From positions 1 to 11,497 of the forward strand of contig JADGIF010000292.1 in assembly GCA_018985225.1 (NCBI GenBank): 11,497 nt of DNA. The letters are read 5' to 3'. Under the pieces are notes generated by a model. It saw only the letters and a program-made list of their open reading frames with translations. It had not been told where the DNA came from and searched no databases. This stretch comes from Amoeboradix gromovi X-113. Lineage: Eukaryota > Fungi > Sanchytriomycota. Positions 7,176 to 11,497 of this stretch are shown piece by piece (the first letter of the stretch is position 1; each line of letters opens with the position of its first letter). Position numbers and translations under genes: made by a program.

Positions 7176-10100
7176 TTATTCTTCTACGATTTTGCTGCTA
7201 GGCTGACCAGGCAGTGAAGCTTCCATTCTTCTGTCTTCAGATCTGTTTAATATTTCTATTCTATCGCACCCCAAGGACTTCATTATCAGTTCTTTGCAAT
7301 CTGTCAATAACTTCTCTTCATCAAACAACAGCTGCCTATCAAACATCTTTATGCCATGTTCTATCACGCTTTGCTAAATTAGTATTAAATTACTTTAATT
7401 TGCTGTACAAATGGCATCATCTTCTTGTTCTTCAAAAATCCTCTTTTTCCAAGCAACATTGACTCAGAGTTATCAAATTCACCATTCTTGAAAGTCTCCT
7501 TCAATACATCAATGCCATCTATCTGCCATTTAGGATACTCCGTAGTATAATACAAATACAACACTCTTGTACCACCTTGACGAGCTTCTTTGCTTCTCTT
7601 TATATCTGTTGCTTCTTGACTACGTATATCATGAATTGTACTCTTTATATACATGTACTCGTTCACACTGGATTGAGAAAACTCCGGATTAGGAAATGTC
7701 TCATTTATTACGCTAGTCGGATTTTTTAACAAATTTCTCCAAATATACTCACTTAAATGGCTGGTTATAGGCGCCATAACTAGGCATTGTAATCTAATAA
7801 ATTCATGGATAGTTGATGAATTCACAGGTAAATCTAACAGATTACAGCTGTTCATGTACCAATCTCTCAATTCCTGTAATTCATAGAACCCATATTTCAG
7901 TGCGTTTTTGAACATCAATTTATTGAAGCTGTCATCGCATCTGCTGCACAGGTAGTAGACATTTTGAATAAAGAGTTTTTCAATCACTTTTGATGCATTT
8001 GAGCTGTTACCGGTTGTAAAAGTGATAGATAACATGTTGCTGGTCCATTCGAGTTGTGTAAACAATCTTAATATCACACTATTGGCTGTACTTTCTTGGA
8101 AATTAGCATCCTCAACTAAATCTCCCGCATCAGCCAGTGTGAATCTAGTCGCATCCGATCCGTATTTTAGCAAACAATCATTAAGCGTCAAGAAGTTACC
8201 TGTACTCTTACTCATCTTATTGCTATTTAATAACAAATGGCCGTTGCTTCGAATTGACTTTGGCCAAAAACGTGGAGGAAATAATGCAGCGTGGTTATAA
8301 ATACAAAATGTTAAGTGATTCGGAACCAAATCTTTACCACTAACTCGCAAATCAAAAGGATAATAATACTCGAATTGTTGTCTAAAGCACTGAAATTTAG
8401 GATCAACGGTTGAAGAGTCAGAATCTCCAAATATGAATTCAAACACAGAATCAGTCAATTCATTTGCTTTAATATCATACTCCTTAAACAAATGACATAT
8501 AGTGTAGTATGCCATGTATATAGTAGAATCACTTAAGCTCTCAACGAGAAACTGCGTATCCCAGGGTAACTTGGTACCCAACCCGAAACTACGAGCACAG
8601 GCCCACTGGTTCAACCAGTCTAGAGTGCTGTCAAACAGATGCCTTGTCTCGGGATGATAACACTCCATTTGCTCTAGAAGCTTTGCAGTTTTCAATTTCC
8701 ACTCCTCTTCCCCATAATCCAAGTACCATTGGTCACACAAATTAACTACGCATTCGTCTCCGCTTCTACTAACTATTTTGGACTCAGGTTCGCAATAAAC
8801 AAAAGCTAAATTATCGCTAATCAAGTCTTGCTTCACGAGCGCTTTGCATTCTGAAACTGTCTTATTGCAATATTTTCCAGTAAGCATAACTCCTGAGTAG
8901 AAACCCAGTTTGTATGCCATCTCTTTTGCTTTCACCAGCTGGTCTTTGTCATTTGGAGATTTGACTTTAAATTTAGTGCATGAATCTATAGCAACTAGTT
9001 GTGAGATTGGCGTGTTTATAATAGGCACAGGATCTCTCAGCCATTCTTCTTTGCATTTGTAATAATCCAGCTTGCGCTTAATGTCCATCAACATGATATA
9101 ATCATCAGGAGAATCACTAGGTACGCTGGTTACTATTCCAGTTCCTTTATTGGCCAGTACGTTATTTAGTGGAAGCATATATACAGTATCATACTTACTT
9201 AACGGCGCTTTCAATTCGCTTCCAATTAAATCGCCGCCATTTACACTAAAAATGGATTGAGGCTTACCAGCTTCGCAGTGACCTTGAAATGACATGTTAA
9301 GAGCACTTCTTTCAGTGCATATGTATATCTGATTATCCATTAGATATGCGTTATATGTGAGTGCAGTACCTACAAAACAATTAGTTTGCCCATACATTGT
9401 TTCTGGTCGAAGTGTGGCAGCTATAAAGTAAACCGGTAATTTGCTGGAATTGTGACTCGCTAGAAGCGCCGAAAGTGCAAATGTAGGTTTGACTAGTTTG
9501 ATCTTAATACCAACGTATTCTAGTGGACCTACACCTTCACCACTACTTCTATCGTGATCCATGCAAGGCTGATTATCAAATGGACTCCATATGGTGTAGC
9601 GAAGGCCAAACTTAATTTTACCTAGAGCCTTTAGTTTATTGAACTGCCATCTAACAAAAGCGTCATAGTGTGGATTTGCGTCAGTAGTTATAAAAGATCT
9701 TCGCCAATCAACATGACATCCAAACAACTTCAGGTCTTTAGTGGCTAGCGGTGGAAAAAAGGTACACCAGTAATATGGATCAATAAACTTGGGGATTTCT
9801 TTCAAATCAATGCCCATAGAGTACAATATCTCAAACTGATATTTAGCATTACCTTGTTTCAATTCCAATTTCTTCTTTTGTTCAGGGTTAACGCTCGATT
9901 CAGACTCCAAATATTTATGAGGATTGAGTACGATGTCTTTTAATTTCTCAAAACCAAGTTCATTCAGCTCTCTTTGCAGCTTGCCACTCGCTGCCACAAT
10001 CGGCATACCAGTACAATGGAAACCAAAAGGAAACAGCACATTAAACCCTTTCATGGCTTTGTAAGCAACTGTGAAATCAGCTTTACTAATTGTAAAAACA

Positions 10101-10273
10101 TGACCTAGATGCAATTTGCCATTCATGTACGGATATGGGAAAGTAGCCATATATTTTGGTTTATCATTCGGGTTTGATTCAAACACTTTGGATTCTTCCC
10201 ATTGTACTTGGATTTCATGTTCAATTGCAATTAAATGATCACGCTTGCTTGTATTCTGTAGGATAGTTGACAT
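7176..10273 (-). CDS. CDC60: Cytosolic leucyl-tRNA synthetase; exons 10273-7394 and 7373-7176 (1025 aa)
   Basis: FPYPYMNGKLHLGH (HIGH motif), GFHCTGMPI, DHDRSSGEGV, ATLRPETMYGQTN, editing-domain KGTGIVTSVPSDSPDD and KMSKSTGNF identify the eukaryote/archaeal type. Splicing joins ...MMPFVQQIK|QSVIEHG... and restores the C-terminal ASLPGQPS motif. Confidence 0.96.
7374..7393 (-). other. 20-nt spliceosomal intron in LeuRS (phase 0)
   Basis: Minus-strand sequence GTAATTTAATACTAATTTAG has a GTAAT donor, a TACTAAT branch-point-like motif and a TAG acceptor. Removing it fuses the two ORFs in frame. Confidence 0.88.
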
Positions 10274-10311
10274 GATACAAAGTTTACTCCAGGAGTTTCA
10301 AATAAAAAGAT

Positions 10312-10704
10312 TTATTTCATCAACTTGCTCCATTGATATTTGAGTCCAGATACTCCGGCCGTTTTAGCTAAGTTCTTCAAGACTTGAATTTTCACCCACG
10401 CAACAAAGTGTGGGCTACTGAAAAATCCAAATTTTTTGGCAACTTGTTTTCTTTCAGCGACATAATCCTTCCTAGCAGATTTATAGTTTGCGCGAGCTAG
10501 TTCGTACCAGTCCTTTTTCTTTGCTTCTACTTTTAATTCACTAACAAATGCTTCCAACTCATCACCACCCAAGGATCTTGCCTTATCAATCAATACGTCT
10601 ATCTTTTGAAAGTTTGGAGGGGCTTTATAGTTGCCACTTAAACGTTCTAGCGCTGCGTTCTGCTTGATCCTTGATAGAGCTTTTCGTTGAGATATTCCTC
10701 TCAT
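10312..10704 (-). CDS. Hypothetical small basic protein (start at 10704 or 10752); faint HMG-box-like pattern
   Basis: Open frame of 130-146 codons, Lys/Arg-rich and helical-looking. AATAAA overlaps the stop, as in neighbouring genes. The function is not confidently recognised. Confidence 0.65.
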   Translation of the reverse strand: MRGISQRKALSRIKQNAALERLSGNYKAPPNFQKIDVLIDKARSLGGDELEAFVSELKVEAKKKDWYELARANYKSARKDYVAERKQVAKKFGFFSSPHFVAWVKIQVLKNLAKTAGVSGLKYQWSKLMK

Positions 10705-11390
10705 GATGAAAATTGATTGATTGGATTTTGTATCATTAATACAGCCAATCATGCAATCAGAAACTGTTCCAGTAGTTGGAGCCCATTAGCAAGTTATTTT
10801 TTCCACTCGAGTTCTTTGTAGATGTAAGCGGAAGCTGAGTGACTAGACATGTAAGTTTAGATTAATCTTATTACTAGGGCAATTTGACTTAAGCACGGTA
10901 CATTTAATAAATGGACATATTTTTAAGCTGAAGCTAATCTACCTATCGTTTTGTATCATTTAGATGAATCTTCTTGTTCTGCCAACCTTTCATTTTTTGA
11001 GTAAATTGTGCCTTACCACTATGTATTTGAACAACCTTCTACAATAGCCATCTGGAATAAATAGATATTCGTCTTTACCGACCCAAATGCTACAAAAGGT
11101 AGTTTCTAATCAGTGGTTTTCTTGGTTCAATTAATACACCCGGATTAACCCCACATGCAATGGTGAAAGACTTCCGTGGCGTCAATAATGTACTTAGTTC
11201 TCTGATCGGGAGAACCGCGCTTCTACTGAAATAGAGAATGCCGCACACAGTTATTTAACAGTGCATCATAAACCCTGGTCACTGCGAAGTGCCTATAACG
11301 GTTAATATTATGTAGCAGTATCGAAAAATTTACCGCAACCAGTAGTAGGGCCACTGTTGTAAAATCGGAAGAGTGATTTACCTAATGAGA

Positions 11391-11497
11391 TGGGACACCA
11401 AATACAAAAACTAGACTAACTCGTTTTTAAAGGTGCTCCATACGGAGGAAATGCTATCATTAATAAAAGATCTTCTATTATACCAATTTTCTTTCAT
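11391..11497 (-). mobile_element. End of a second, inverted copy of the TIR element, running off the window
   Basis: Aligns to the reverse complement of 6911-7020 along its whole length. The first 30 nt match either TIR at 27/30, followed by shared blocks AGGTGCTCCATA, GAGGAAAT, TAATAAAAG and TTCTTTCAT. Confidence 0.85.

Noticed and set aside
7176-7367. Separate 63-aa gene in the ORF track
   Set aside because: It is exon 2 of LeuRS.
2631-8300. ORFs 2631-2840, 3183-3449, 4417-4806, 7214-7462 and 8022-8300
   Set aside because: All lie antisense to, or overlap, better-supported genes.

Overview
AT-rich, very compact eukaryotic DNA read in the standard code (genes end in TAA/TAG). The gene content is fungal-like; an early-diverging fungus or relative with a reduced genome is inferred. 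Host genes: mitochondrial ribosomal protein uS11, a Fol3-like dihydrofolate/folylpolyglutamate synthase, a small secreted Pro-rich protein, the glutamate-cysteine ligase modifier subunit, a single-pass membrane protein, a homeodomain transcription factor, cytosolic leucyl-tRNA synthetase with a 20-nt intron the ORF track missed, and a small basic unknown protein. Two unannotated mobile-element families are present. (1) A decayed Fanzor/TnpB-like ORF at about 3537-4145 has C-terminal motifs YNTCKS*CSC and FDSDVNA. Its last 78 bp (4134-4211) are identical to window positions 1-78, and the two copies then diverge abruptly. This is the layout expected for an omegaRNA scaffold followed by locus-specific guides. 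(2) A ~420-bp MITE-like element with 30-bp TIRs lies at 6602-7020, and a second, inverted copy begins at 11391.
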